From positions 1-42,925 of the forward strand of contig JABLTG010000163.1 of NCBI GenBank assembly GCA_016618085.1: a DNA stretch of 42,925 nucleotides. Reading direction: 5' to 3'. A model generated the notes under the pieces. The model was not told where the DNA came from and made no database searches. It was given only the letters and a program-made list of their open reading frames with translations. Position numbers and translations under genes: made by a program. Origin of the DNA: Neovahlkampfia damariscottae. Taxonomy: Eukaryota. Shown here piece by piece: positions 25,386 through 36,740 of the stretch (the stretch's first letter is position 1; each line of letters starts with the position of its first letter).

Positions 25386-26705
25386 ATGCACACAGGTTTA
25401 AAAACAAAAGCAGTAGTCCAAAAAACATTTTCAGAAATATACTCAAACAAGTTTCTTGATAGTGATCATTTCTTTGTCAAAGGAATTGATTTAAAAGGAA
25501 ATTATAAAGACAGAAGTTTATTTTTGGAAAGTGGTTTTTCTCAAAGTTTTCCACCCATTGTATCAAAGAGTGAATTTGTTCCAAATAAAATGGTTGAACA
25601 TTTGATGAAAAATAAAAAAAGACTTGCTTTAGGAGTAAAGTTTGAATATGGAGACAAAATTACGTAAAACAATTTTCTAATATTAAATTGATAAAGAAAT
25701 ATGGAGGGTGCAATGCACACATTTGTTACACCAATCATTAATTTTGTCATGACTGGTGATTATATATATAAGTTTGGACATGGTGCCACTAGTTTCAAGG
25801 GAAAAGCAAGAAATATGGTAATGAGTGCTGCAGTTCAACCTGATTTTGAATATGACGACGTTATGTTGCCTTTAGTTAAACTTTCAAAAAATAAAGTTGA
25901 AGGAAGACAAATTGTTGATTTTGATAATTTCAAATTTTTTTATGAATTTGGATACAAAAATATGTCAAATGATGAATTAAATGATTATGAAGAAAAGTTA
26001 AAAAGTCATATGATATATAATTTGACAAAGGATCATGAATTACCAAGTTTAGGATCACTTAAAAATACACCTTTTAATACATCTGAATGTATTGATTATT
26101 TGGAAAATATGATTGAAAAAAGTTCAAATGTTGATTTATATGGGAAATACACAACAATGGGAAGTGGTTATGTGATCTCATTGGAATCATTATTTAATGT
26201 TTATGTTGAACAAATCAGAAATGAATTCAGTGTTTTTGAATCCAATTTACCACAAGGTTTATTCATTGTTTAGATTAATATTTAAGGATATATTTATACA
26301 ATTAATCCACCAAGAATATTTGCGAGTGAAATTGGTCAAAAAAATGTTCCTGTTCTAAACAGACTTCAAATGCTTGCTTTTAAACATTTGGGTATTTCCG
26401 AATTTAAAAATTTAAAAGGAATTGGATTTGATGGATTTGCAGATAGTTCAGGAGTGTCATTACTGAAAATAATATTTAAAGATCAAGATGTTGAAATCAA
26501 AGAAAAAAATAATTTATTGGGTGATGATGGGAAATATTCATCAACAAAACCTTATGCGTTGATTGTTCATAATAATAGTGATGGATTTGGTGAAAATATC
26601 AAATACGAAGGTGTGTCATCCCTTGATGGAGCAATTGGATGTTTCTCAAATGCAGCATGTTGTTTGGATTGTAAAAGAAAAGATATTGTTGATTTTGTTA
26701 TGTAA
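25386..26705 (+). CDS. Hypothetical enzyme-like protein, possibly a non-canonical macrodomain
   Basis: Three exons. Motifs SAAVQPDFE, YTINPPRIFA and LIVHNNSDGFGENIKYEG.SSLDGAIG. An alternative upstream ATG at 19-21 of the 25301 decade (25319) would need an extra intron. Confidence 0.6.
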
Positions 26706-26772
26706 GAACGGAAACAGTTGTCCCCAATGACAAATTTTATTTTGTTTTTCTTTTTGTTTTCTTGTCAAAAAT

Positions 26773-26853
26773 TCGTTCAGCGCGGTGCATGGCTTAATAC
26801 CTCATGTTATATCGGTAGTTATTTCTGTATGATACCGGTTTATCATCATTCTA
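26773..26853 (-). ncRNA. Box C/D snoRNA, SNORD32/snR40-like (18S Gm1271, yeast numbering)
   Basis: Box C ATGATGA (26843-26849) and box D CTGA (26777-26780). Guide GCCATGCACCGC is antisense to the conserved 18S GUGGUGCAUGGC, and the D+5 rule points to the G equivalent to yeast G1271. Confidence 0.85.
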
Positions 26854-26900
26854 TTTTCAAAACTGTTTGAATAATTTATTGAAATGCAGAAAATTCAGAA

Positions 26901-26912
26901 AAAAATTATGGT
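26901..26912 (-). promoter_or_regulatory. ACCATAATTTTT motif 63 nt upstream of snoRNA box C
   Basis: The same 12-mer lies 66 nt upstream of the second snoRNA. Confidence 0.55.
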
Positions 26913-27491
26913 ATTTCTACTTTGAAGATTTTAAAACAAATTGTTTTTCGAATACAACTCGTTTTTTTTAAAAAATTTTAGACAAAAATAAATGCATCAA
27001 AGATGTTGGATTATTAACAACAACCTGATTAGAGAGGCAGAGGCAAAGAAGGATATTTATCTCAAAACCAAACGATTCAAAGGGCATCAAAAATGTTTTT
27101 GGATCAGTTTCACCATCTTGAAGCTCCGTTAAATGAAATGGACGTGGAATTCGTTGCTTCCAATCAGGTAAGATTTTAAAAATAAATAGATTTTTATTGG
27201 ATAACTTTTTCGCCTTTTTTTTGAAGATAACAGTCAGGTAGAATTTGTTCGTCATGACCTTGGATCTTCAGGAACTGATCTTAGACTGAAGACCACTTGA
27301 AAGAATCAACAGGAACTGATCAAAAACAAAGACGAAAACAGAAGAATAGTCCAGTAAAAAAAAAAAAAAAAGAATCATCAAAAAGACTAATCTTGCTAAC
27401 ATTGCTAACTCATGAACGGAATATAAAGGTGACATGAAAACAATTCGTTTTCTTTTCCATGGAAATTTTTCTTTGGGTTAATTTTGATTGG

Positions 27492-28330
27492 TCAAACAAA
27501 TTTTTTTTTTTTGAATTTCTCATTATATTCAGTCAATGTAAAATATTTTTGTTCAATACAAAAGTGCAATACTTCTGAAAAAACATATTGACTACATCCT
27601 TCATATTCACAATGAAGTAAATCTAATGTTGGAGATCGAATAATATCAAAAGTTGGATAATTAATCAATTCACTTTTAATTTTATAACCAGTAAGATGAA
27701 TAAAAGGGTTGGAAATATTTTTTGTTAATTCTTTATATTCTGCATGTGTTCTAAATGATCCTAAAAAATTAATTTTTGTAATCAGTTTTTGCAACTACAA
27801 ACGTGTGAATAAATATGAAATTCCTTAGTAAATCCACAGAACATATAAACATCTTCATTGTCTCCTAATAGTGATAATTACGCCTTTGATAATTCTTGTA
27901 TCATTTTAATTTTCATTTCTATACCTTCCAAAAAAGGCTGAAAACAATTTAAAACATTTGTAAGTATTTCATTAATGCCTTCATATTGAAAATATTCGTA
28001 TCAATACATGCTAATACATAAATGTTTTCTGGTAAATTTCGTTGATTTGGTGGTAAATTACCAAGTTGAACATAAAATAAACCTCTTTTTTTCCTTGATA
28101 ATAAAAAAGCAAGTCCAGCATAATTCCAAGATTTAAAAAATAAATTTTCTTCAAATATTTTTCCGGATAAATTTGCTTTTGAGAAAAATAATAATCTTTT
28201 TTGAAGTTGAATTGATTTGAATTTAAAATAAATCTTATGTGAACCCTTCTAAGTCTTGAGTATAAAGCACACTTTCATCGTTGTCAAATGTTTCTATCCG
28301 AATTTTCTGAAAACTCTAAAAGTTGAAATT
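27492..28330 (-). pseudogene. Degenerate CACTA/EnSpm (Plavaka/Transposase_21-like) transposase
   Basis: Read across several frameshifts: LFYVQLGNLPPNQRNLPENIYVLACI, FLEGIEMKI, SLLGDNEDVYMFCGF and FDIIRSPTLDLLHCEYEG. Confidence 0.75.
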
Positions 28331-28801
28331 AAAAAAAAAAAAATTACCTTTAAACAAGTTTCTTTTGAGAAACCAAAGGTTCCTCATCAAGTTTTGTCAA
28401 AAAAAAATAAACCATTCAGATTAAGTTGAAGTTCTGCTGGTTTCTAAGAACCACTTTGCTTTTGGACAGCTGTAATTTCAATCTTGTATCTATTAACTTT
28501 ATTTTTCATTTGACGTCCATTTGCATCGAGTTCCTGAAAATAAATCATGTTTTTTATCTTTTAATTCAACAGGCACATTTAGAAGCTTCTTTGTTTGTTC
28601 GAAATTCAACTTTTTTTCTTTTCTGATCAAGTCATAAAATTTTGGTCCGATTTCTTTTGTGACAATCCTAATATTTCTTTCTTGTTGTCTTGTAGCCTTT
28701 TTCTGTTAATTCTTCAACCTCTTCCATTGATTCTCCAGATTGTTTGTGATTGGACAGGCAAGGTTGGAAAAATATAACTATCCTGAGAAATACTAATTTA
28801 T

Positions 28802-28996
28802 TTAATAATTTCAACAATTGTTATTTCTAGTGCAATGTATTTATTTGGATATTTAGCATTTAGTCAAAGAATGACTGCACTAGATTGTTTACAATATGGT
28901 TGTGTAATATCAGTTACTGATCCAGTTGCTACCCTGGCTTTATTTTCAACACTTAATGTGAATTCAACACTTCACTATTTAGATTCAGGTTATTAG
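28802..28996 (+). pseudogene. Isolated fragment of a Na+/H+ exchanger (CPA1/NHE) gene
   Basis: LDCLQYGCVISVTDPVATLALFSTLNVNSTLHYL matches the NHE ISATDPV signature. No flanking exons found. Confidence 0.75.
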
Positions 28997-29269
28997 TTAA
29001 CGTAAATTTCAATGAAATGGAATCAAGTGTCAACGTTGTTTGATATTAAACAGAAAATATAACATTGGAACAAATCAGAAGTATGAATCAGGACGTTGTT
29101 TTAGTTCCAACAAGAATTTTTTTAGCTTTTAGAAACATTCATGATAATTATATAATTCTAACCTTTCTCATTGACTTTCCTAATTGGTAATTAAAATGAA
29201 TTTATTTGTTTCTTTTCATCCCAACCCAAACCTCTTCCCTAACATTTTGATTGGATAAAGAAAATTGAA

Positions 29270-29738
29270 ATGGAAGAAGATAAAAAAAGTGATGAGTATA
29301 CTGGTTTTGATGAAAATGTTTCTTTAGAAATGCTCAGAAAAGAAATGGTAAAATTTTCAGATGATAGAGATTGGAATCAGTATCATCAACCAAGAAACTT
29401 ACTTTTAGCAATGGTTTGAGTATTCTTCTGTGAAGTTAAAATATAATAGGTTGGAGAAGTTGGTGAATTATCTGAAATATTTCAATGGAAAGGAGAATGT
29501 AAAATTGGATTAGAAGATTGGAATGAAAAAGAGAAAGAACATTTAGGGGAAGAATTATCAGATGTATTATTAGTAAAAAAAAAAAAAAAGAAATAAACAA
29601 AAAAAGTATTTGATAAATTTATCACATAGATGTAATATTAATTTATCTGAAGCAGTTTTAAAAAAAATACAAAAAAATGAATTAAAATATCCAATTGAAA
29701 AATCAAAATCATCATTGAAAAAGTATACTGAATTATAA
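29270..29738 (+). CDS. DCTPP1: dCTP pyrophosphatase 1 (MazG-like)
   Basis: RDWNQYHQPRNLLLAM|VGEVGELSEIFQW...GEELSDVLL|YL...NELKYP. 2 introns. Not in ORF track. Confidence 0.93.
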
Positions 29739-29799
29739 TAATTATATATTTTATTTTGATTCATTTGTGAATAATATATTCTTTTTTTTCTTTCCAAAT

Positions 29800-30530
29800 T
29801 CAATCATGGATTGATAAGAATTTGAATAATTTAAATCTTCTATAAATATCAATAATATTATCTGTTAAATATGTCAAATATTCATCAAATAATTCAATAG
29901 ATGGTTCAATCGATTCTTTATTAATTTTTACATTTTTTTTTTCAATTTTTAATTCTTAAATTGAATCTTCATTAAAAAATACACCAAAAATTTGTTGTGA
30001 TCTCTTTTGTCTTTCTTTAGTAGATAATTTTTTATAATTCAAAATTTCTTCAAAAAAAAATAATTTAAAACTTAAAAAAAATATAAATTTGAACAATTTT
30101 TACAATCTTAAATAATTAGAATTTAATAATACAAAATCTATCGGTATTTCAATACATTTTGAATGATTTTGATTTTTTTCATTTTCTTCAAATATTTTTT
30201 TTTTGAAAATGAATGGTTTTGGTTTTGTTTTTTTGATTAATTCACAATCAAAAAATGAAGTATGTATATCAATTCCAATATTATTTTCATTATTTGAATC
30301 AATACAAATAGTTGCAATAACAAATCTTGATCTTTTCTATATTCGGAAATAATTTTCATTGGAAACAACAAAAACAGCAGCTAATAGGGCAACAGTTTCT
30401 TTTGAAATTTAATATTTTAAATATTACCTTCAGTCAATACTTCATGTTGTAATAATAATGATGTTGAGAAGATTACAATAAAAATCACGTTATTAATCCA
30501 AAAACAATAAATATAATTTAAAAATAAAAC
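29800..30530 (-). pseudogene. Decayed TM-RGS-type gene (RGS domain at the 3' end)
   Basis: FFEEILNYKK..ERQKRSQQIFGVFFNEDSI*ELKI...PSIELFDE, preceded by hydrophobic segments. Several in-frame stops. Confidence 0.6.
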
Positions 30531-30580
30531 CTCAAATTTTATTCCACCAATGAAACTAATTTAGTTCTTCCAAAATTCAA

Positions 30581-31313
30581 ATGTTTGACTGGTGAGGAAA
30601 CAACCAAAAAAAATTTCTAAAATTGAAAAGGGTTACAAATTTTTGGGGCTGGATTCAGAGTCTTTTCTGGAAGCAAGAAATGGAACTTACTTTGGTTGGT
30701 TTACAAAACGGTAAAAAAAAAATAAATTTATATAAAAAACAAATTAGCTGGAAAAACAACTTTGGTTAATGTTATAACATATGGACAATCAGAAGATGAC
30801 ACTATACCGACAGTTGGTTTCAATATGAGAAAAGTGACCAAAGGAAACGTTGTAATTAAGTTATGGGTAAGAAAGTTCAATTAATTTTAAAAAAAATAAT
30901 AGGTAAAAAAAAATAATGATTTTAATGAATAAGGACATTGGTGGACAACCAAAGTTTAGAAATATGTGGGAAAGATATTGTAGAGGAGTAAGTGCCATTG
31001 TATACGTTGTAGATTCATCTGATCCTGAAGGAATCAAACAAGCAAAAGAAGAACTTTTTGGATTATTAGATAAACAAGCACTTCAAGGAACACCACTTTT
31101 AGTTTTAGGAAATAAAAATGATTTAAAAGAATCTTTGTCACAAGACGAATTAATTAAAGCAATGGATCTGAACTCAATTAAAGGTAAAAGAAACTATAAA
31201 CACAAATTGATTTTTAAGGTCGTGAAGTTTGTTGTTATTCAATTTCTGCTAAAAATTCTGTGAATATTGATATTACTTTACAATGGTTAATTAAACATGG
31301 AAAAAGTAAATAA
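30581..31313 (+). CDS. ARL8: ADP-ribosylation factor-like GTPase 8
   Basis: [44 protein letters not shown] and LGNKND. 4 introns. Confidence 0.96.
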
Positions 31314-31315
31314 AT

Positions 31316-31589
31316 TTATTTTTCACTCCTCATTCGAAATCTTGCATCTTTTGATCTTCTTCTAATTTCAAATAATTCTTTTCTAAATTCAGAACAAGTA
31401 TCTGGAAAATCTTAAAAAAGAGTTTTAAAAAGTAAAAAAGAAAAACCTGTTTTTATACAATCCACAAAACTACCTCCTTCTTTGATACATTCTGACTCTA
31501 TGTATTTGATTAAATATTATTTGTATATACATACCTCTAATTACACAATCTATAAATCTTTGTCTTGCCTCTTTATATGCTTCACTCAT
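31316..31589 (-). CDS. COA5: Cytochrome c oxidase assembly factor COA5/Pet191-like
   Basis: Spliced product MSEAYKEARQRFIDCVIRESECIKEGGSFVDCIKTDFPDTCSEFRKELFEIRRRSKDARFRMRSEK*. Confidence 0.7.
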
Positions 31590-31676
31590 TTTTATGAAGT
31601 TTTTACAAACCAATTGGAGGAGAATGAAGAGAGATTGAACTATAAGAAAAACCAAAAGAAACATAACAAAATATTT

Positions 31677-33806
31677 TTATCTTCTTTCATTTTTACCAAC
31701 ACCTCTTTTACCAGCGAATAAATGTTTTGGTTTAAGGTCATATATTACACGATCACCTTCACCCTTCTTTGCATTTTGGTTCATTAATTTTTGTTTTTTT
31801 CTTCCAAGTTCAACAGCTTGAATTTGTTTTCTTGGATCTTGAATACCTGAGAATTTACCAGTAGAACTTAAACTTCTTGAGTTTGTTGATAAACTTCTTT
31901 TTCTTTTTTTTGAGTCTAAAGTATCTTTTCCTTGTTCTCTTGTTTCAGCGTCTAAAAGAATTCTCGCTTCTGAAGCTGATCTTGTTCTTGTTGAACTTGA
32001 AAGACCTCTACCTTGACTTGAAGATCTTGTTCTACTCATTGATCTTGTAGTTGATTTTGCTCTTTCTAAAATTTCATCATCAACACCTCTTGATCTTAAT
32101 TCCTTTTCAATTTCTTCCAATGGAATTGGTCTGTATTTTCTTGGTACTTTTGAAGTATTATTTGTTTTATTAACTCTTTTTGTTTTTTTATAAATTTCAG
32201 TTTTATCTTTAATTGTTTTAAAATCATTTTCATCTTCAATTGAAACAAAATAATCTTCATCTAACCAATCAATATCTTCTTCTTCTTCTAATCTATTTCT
32301 TTCTTCTTCTTCTAATTGATCTAATTTTTCTAAAATATCAGGATCAACAAAATCTGAAATATTTTTTCCTTCCCAAATTTCTGGAATAATATCTTCTTTC
32401 CAATCTTCATCTTTTAATAAATACCATTTTTTTAAATTTGGTTGATAAACACCTGCACCACCATTTTGTTCAGAAAGTATTTTTTCTGTAATTTTTTCAT
32501 TACCTTCTTCTTCTTCACCATCAATTTCTTCCATTTTATCAAAAACTGATTGTGGAATAAATGAAGGTCTTTCTTTTTCATCTCTTTTTTCAGGTTGTGA
32601 TAAATGTATTCTTGAAAGTATATTATCAACTTTATCACTTCCTTTACTTAATTTACTTTCAACTCTATGTTCTAAAAGTTTATCACATGCTTTTGCTTTA
32701 ACATCAGAAATACCATCTTCTGTAATATTACTTAAACTAACCATTTCAGTTCCATCAACTAAAATTGAATTCACTAATTCTTGATTTTCTTTTGTTAATT
32801 TGTTGAATTTTTTGATATCTGATTTTGTTGCAACAATTAAAAGTGGTTTTCCAACAAATAATGGTTTAATATTCTTAAATAAATCAATCTATTTTTTTTT
32901 TATGTTAAAAGTAACTTTGTCAAACTTGTTGTTTAATTGAATATCCACAATGTTCTGATAAATCAATCATGAATAAAACACATGCTCTTAAATGTGCAAG
33001 TGCTGTTATTGATTGCATTTCAATTGTATTTCTATTTTCAAGTGGATGATCTAAAATACCAGGTGTATCTAAAATTTGCCATTTAAGATATTTATAATCT
33101 GTATGTCCTACAAAAATTGATTTTGTTGTAAAAGCATATGGTTGTACTTCAACATCAGCTAAAAAATAATAAGAAAAATAAAAATAAAACCTTTTGTAAG
33201 TTTGTTCATAAAACTACTTTTACCAACATTTGGATATCCTGTAAGAATGATGGTTCTTGTTGATGGATCAATTGAAGGTAATCTTGATAAATGTTGACGA
33301 ACTTGTTCTAAATATGACAAACTTCCTGATAATTTTTTAAGGATTGTTACCATTCTTCCAAGTGCTGCTCTCTTTAATTGTTTACAACGATAAGTAGAAT
33401 CACCATATTTCAATAAACGAACATAATCTCTTCCAACTGAATCTACTAAATGTCTTGCTGTATTCATTTGACCTAAAGCAAGTTTGTAATGATCTCTATC
33501 ATAAAGAACATTCAATAAATCAGCATAAAATGGATGAATATCTTCAACTCTTGGAAATTGTTCAATGATACCAGATAATTTTTCGTGAATAGAAACTTGT
33601 GTAAATTTTACTTTTCTCATGTAAAAAGCTCTATAAGTGAATAAATTTTAAAAAAAAAAAAAATTTAAGTTTTACCTAATTCTATGAATAGCATATTGAG
33701 GATGGACTATTGTTGGTGTTTTTCTTTGTGTTTTTGATAAAATTATATCAACTAAGTCTTTAGCTGGAGGAACAACTTGAATCTTCTTAAAGTTATATTG
33801 TACCAT
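31677..33806 (-). CDS. NOG1: Nucleolar GTP-binding protein 1
   Basis: [29 protein letters not shown] and C-terminal [10 protein letters not shown]. 3 introns. Confidence 0.97.
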
Positions 33807-33965
33807 TTACTCTTTACAAAACAATTTTGACACAACCAACCAATCAAAATCCAAATAGAAGGTTTACCATTTTATTTTGAACAAACAAAAAAAAAAATAA
33901 GAATTTATTTATAACTTTGATTTAATATTTTTTAATCTCTAAATCAATTTCAAAAGTATAAAATC

Positions 33966-35037
33966 TTACTGAACTTTTACAACAATAACAGTTATATCAT
34001 CAATTTTTCCGCCTCTAAAATAATAACCAGATTGTTTAGCTGATAAACTAAAAGGTGTTTCATTTGTTTCAGATTTTGATTTCTTTTCAGCTAATTTTAC
34101 CAAACTTTTTGAAATATTTTCAACATTGTCGTCTTGTTCAGAAGATATAACTTCAATTATTTCTTTTTCTGAAACATTATCAAATAAACCATCTGTAGAT
34201 AGGACAATATAATCACCTAATTTTAATTTTAATTCATTTTCTTCTGAATCTTCTGCTTTATCCATTATTGAACCTCTTGATCTCATTGATTCAGGTACTA
34301 CTGATAATTGAAAAGGTGCATTAAAAAAGTGTTGTTGTTCTTTGGTTTTATATACAACCTTATCATCTCTAATTACTATATATCCGCTATCACCCAAGTT
34401 TGTTGATTTTAAAACTGGTGAATTTTCATTTGAAAAATTAATTGTTAACAAACAAGCAGTGGAAGAACCAGCTTTAACAATTTGATTTTTAATTAATTCA
34501 CTATATCCTGTTATAAGAACATCTTTTGGTGATAATTCACGATTTGATTCAAAACTAAAAATATTAAACAAAAACATAGAAAAAAATAACCATTTTTTGC
34601 ATTCGTTCATTAACTCCCATGAAAACTCACTAGGATCTACACCAATTTCACTCCAACCACCAACACCATCTATTTTAAAATATTAAAAAAAATATATTTT
34701 TTTTTTCACCTGCAATTCCAAAAGCGTATATCTTTTCATTTTCATTCTTTGAAATAAAGTATGCATCTTCTCCACAATAGGTTACATCTCTATTCCATAT
34801 TTTTCTATGATATTTTGGTGATGTACTAAATCCTTCAACAATTTCATATTTCATATTTGAGTTTGTACCATTAAGTTTGAAGGTTGAAGTTGAAAAATAT
34901 CTCTTTGACAAAGTTGCATAGTTAGTTTGAGCAATCTTTTCAAATGTATTATTAAGAGGATCTACTCTTTTAAAATAAAGTTTAAAGCCTTCATTAACAA
35001 AGCTACGCTTGAAGTTCTTTGCCAATTGTTTTTTCAT
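33966..35037 (-). CDS. PTC7: PTC7-type PP2C phosphatase, probably mitochondrial
   Basis: GEDAYF, ADGVGGW, GSSTAC, NLGDSG, QQHFFNAPFQL, TDGLFDN and GGKIDDITV. Confidence 0.93.
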
Positions 35038-35113
35038 TTTTGTTAAGATTTACTCCTATTGGTTAACAATTTTTTTGGACTAATAAATTACCCCTTTTGA
35101 ACAAAAAAAGAAC

Positions 35114-35942
35114 ATGAATACAAAATCAACTTCTACGTTGTTAATTTGTGGACTTGGAAATCCAGGTGTGAAATATAAGAATACAAGACATAATATTGGA
35201 TTCTTGGCAATTGAAAAATTTGCTAAACATTTAAATTTGAATTTCGAGTTTAATCCAAAGTACAATGCTGATATTTGTTCAACAACTTTAGAATTTAATC
35301 CAAATAAAATTAGAAAAGAAATTGAAGAAAAAATAGAAAATAAACTCAAAAATCAAGAAAAATTTAAAGATTTATATCCAGGAAGATCAAAAGCGAATAT
35401 TCCAACAGATATTGAAGCTGAAATTAAAAAAATGATAAAATATCCAAGAGTTCATTTATTTTTAGCAATGCCACAAACTTATATGAATTTATCAGGAACT
35501 TCAGTTCGAAAATTAATTGACCCTCTTAAAATTAAAATTCATCCAAATCCAAGACAAAATTTAAAAAGAAATAGAATACTAATAATTCATGATGATATTG
35601 CACAACCTTTTGGTACATTTCAATTAAAATTCAAAGGTGGAGATGGTAAGTTAGTTTTCTATTAAACAAAAACAAGGAGGACATAATGGATTGAAGGACG
35701 TGGAGAAAAAATTAAATACAGAATTTTATCATCGATTAAGAATGGGTATAGGTTTAGGAGAAGATGGTCCAAAAAAGAAAGGTTCACCTGGTAACTTGTC
35801 TGTTCATGTTTTATCTCAATTCTCGCCTGAAGAAAAGGATTCTCTGGAGAAATATCTTGATGCCAGTACAGAAATTTTAGATAATTATATACATAAAAAC
35901 ATTGCATTATCAATGCAAATTGCGAACAATTTTGAAATATAA
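35114..35942 (+). CDS. PTH1: Peptidyl-tRNA hydrolase (bacterial-type Pth1)
   Basis: GLGNPG.KY..TRHNIG, PQTYMNLSG, HDD, GGHNG and RLRMGIG. One intron. Confidence 0.93.
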
Positions 35943-36000
35943 TTTTTTTTATTTTTGTTTTGTACAAATTTCAAAGGTTTTAAGTTTCTGATTTGATTAT

Positions 36001-36372
36001 TTATCCAAATACACTTTCACCTGAATAAAACAAATATAAAAATCCATCTTCATCTTTAAAATCAACAAAAAGGGAAGAAACTAATTTTGAGGTTGGTGGT
36101 AGTGAGTTATTGGAGGTGAACAAAAAAATAGCTTTGTCTGAACTTAATGAAAGACGTTTACGAACAACATAGATAAATTGACCAACGGTGAGCTCACCAG
36201 GTACCAAAAATCTTGATTTATCAATTGAAGGAACTGAATCACTCATCGAATGTTTTTCGCAGATGATAGGAACTCTGTCTGGATACTTAGACAAGATTCT
36301 TTGACTTTCAGTAACTCTACTTTCATAGTCATTTTCTAATTTATATTGACACTTTGATGCTTTGCTGAACAT
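36001..36372 (-). CDS. ATG8: Autophagy protein ATG8/GABARAP
   Basis: KYPDRVPIICEK, FLVP.ELTVGQF and DEDGFLY..YSGESVFG*. Confidence 0.96.
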   Translation of the reverse strand: MFSKASKCQYKLENDYESRVTESQRILSKYPDRVPIICEKHSMSDSVPSIDKSRFLVPGELTVGQFIYVVRKRLSLSSDKAIFLFTSNNSLPPTSKLVSSLFVDFKDEDGFLYLFYSGESVFG

Positions 36373-36475
36373 TACTTGGTTGAAGTTTTTTAGTTTCCAA
36401 ATTATTTGATTGGATCAAAAGATTTATTGGAACTGAAATACATAAAAATAGATTGGAACGGAAAATTTGATCTTT

Positions 36476-36740
36476 CTAACGTATGAATATATCAATAATA
36501 TTTGTTATTGGATTTTGATATCGTTCAAAAAATTCAGTGAAACCACAAGTCTGACAAGTGAGAGTTGAAAATCTTCTTGTTTGAATGTTCAAAATCTTTG
36601 ATATTAAACCTCCAACAGATATTGTTTCACCTCTACAAAAAATTAAAGTAAATTTTGGTTTACGTTTTATATTCTGTGCATCCACATTTTTCACATTTGA
36701 AGTTGTATTTTGTTCCATGTGTACTGTTGTTGGTTACCAT
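36476..36740 (-). CDS. Small Zn-ribbon protein (DUF2082/zinc_ribbon_13-like)
   Basis: One intron joins FKCEKCGCTEYKT to GETISVGGLISKILNIQTRRFSTLTCQTCGFTEFF. Confidence 0.75.

Noticed and set aside
26770..26850. Spliced-leader RNA, U snRNA or rRNA fragment (Sm-like AATTTTTGA, 18S-like words)
   Set aside because: Box C/D motifs plus a guide obeying the +5 rule explain the sequence better. The Sm-like word lies outside box D in T-rich flank.
29800..30400. In-frame TAA/TAG codons in the RGS-like frame, suggesting stop-codon reassignment
   Set aside because: Conserved genes (RPS4, ARL8, NOG1, ATG8) end at TAA and have no internal stops once introns are removed. This region also has frame disruptions, so it is a pseudogene.
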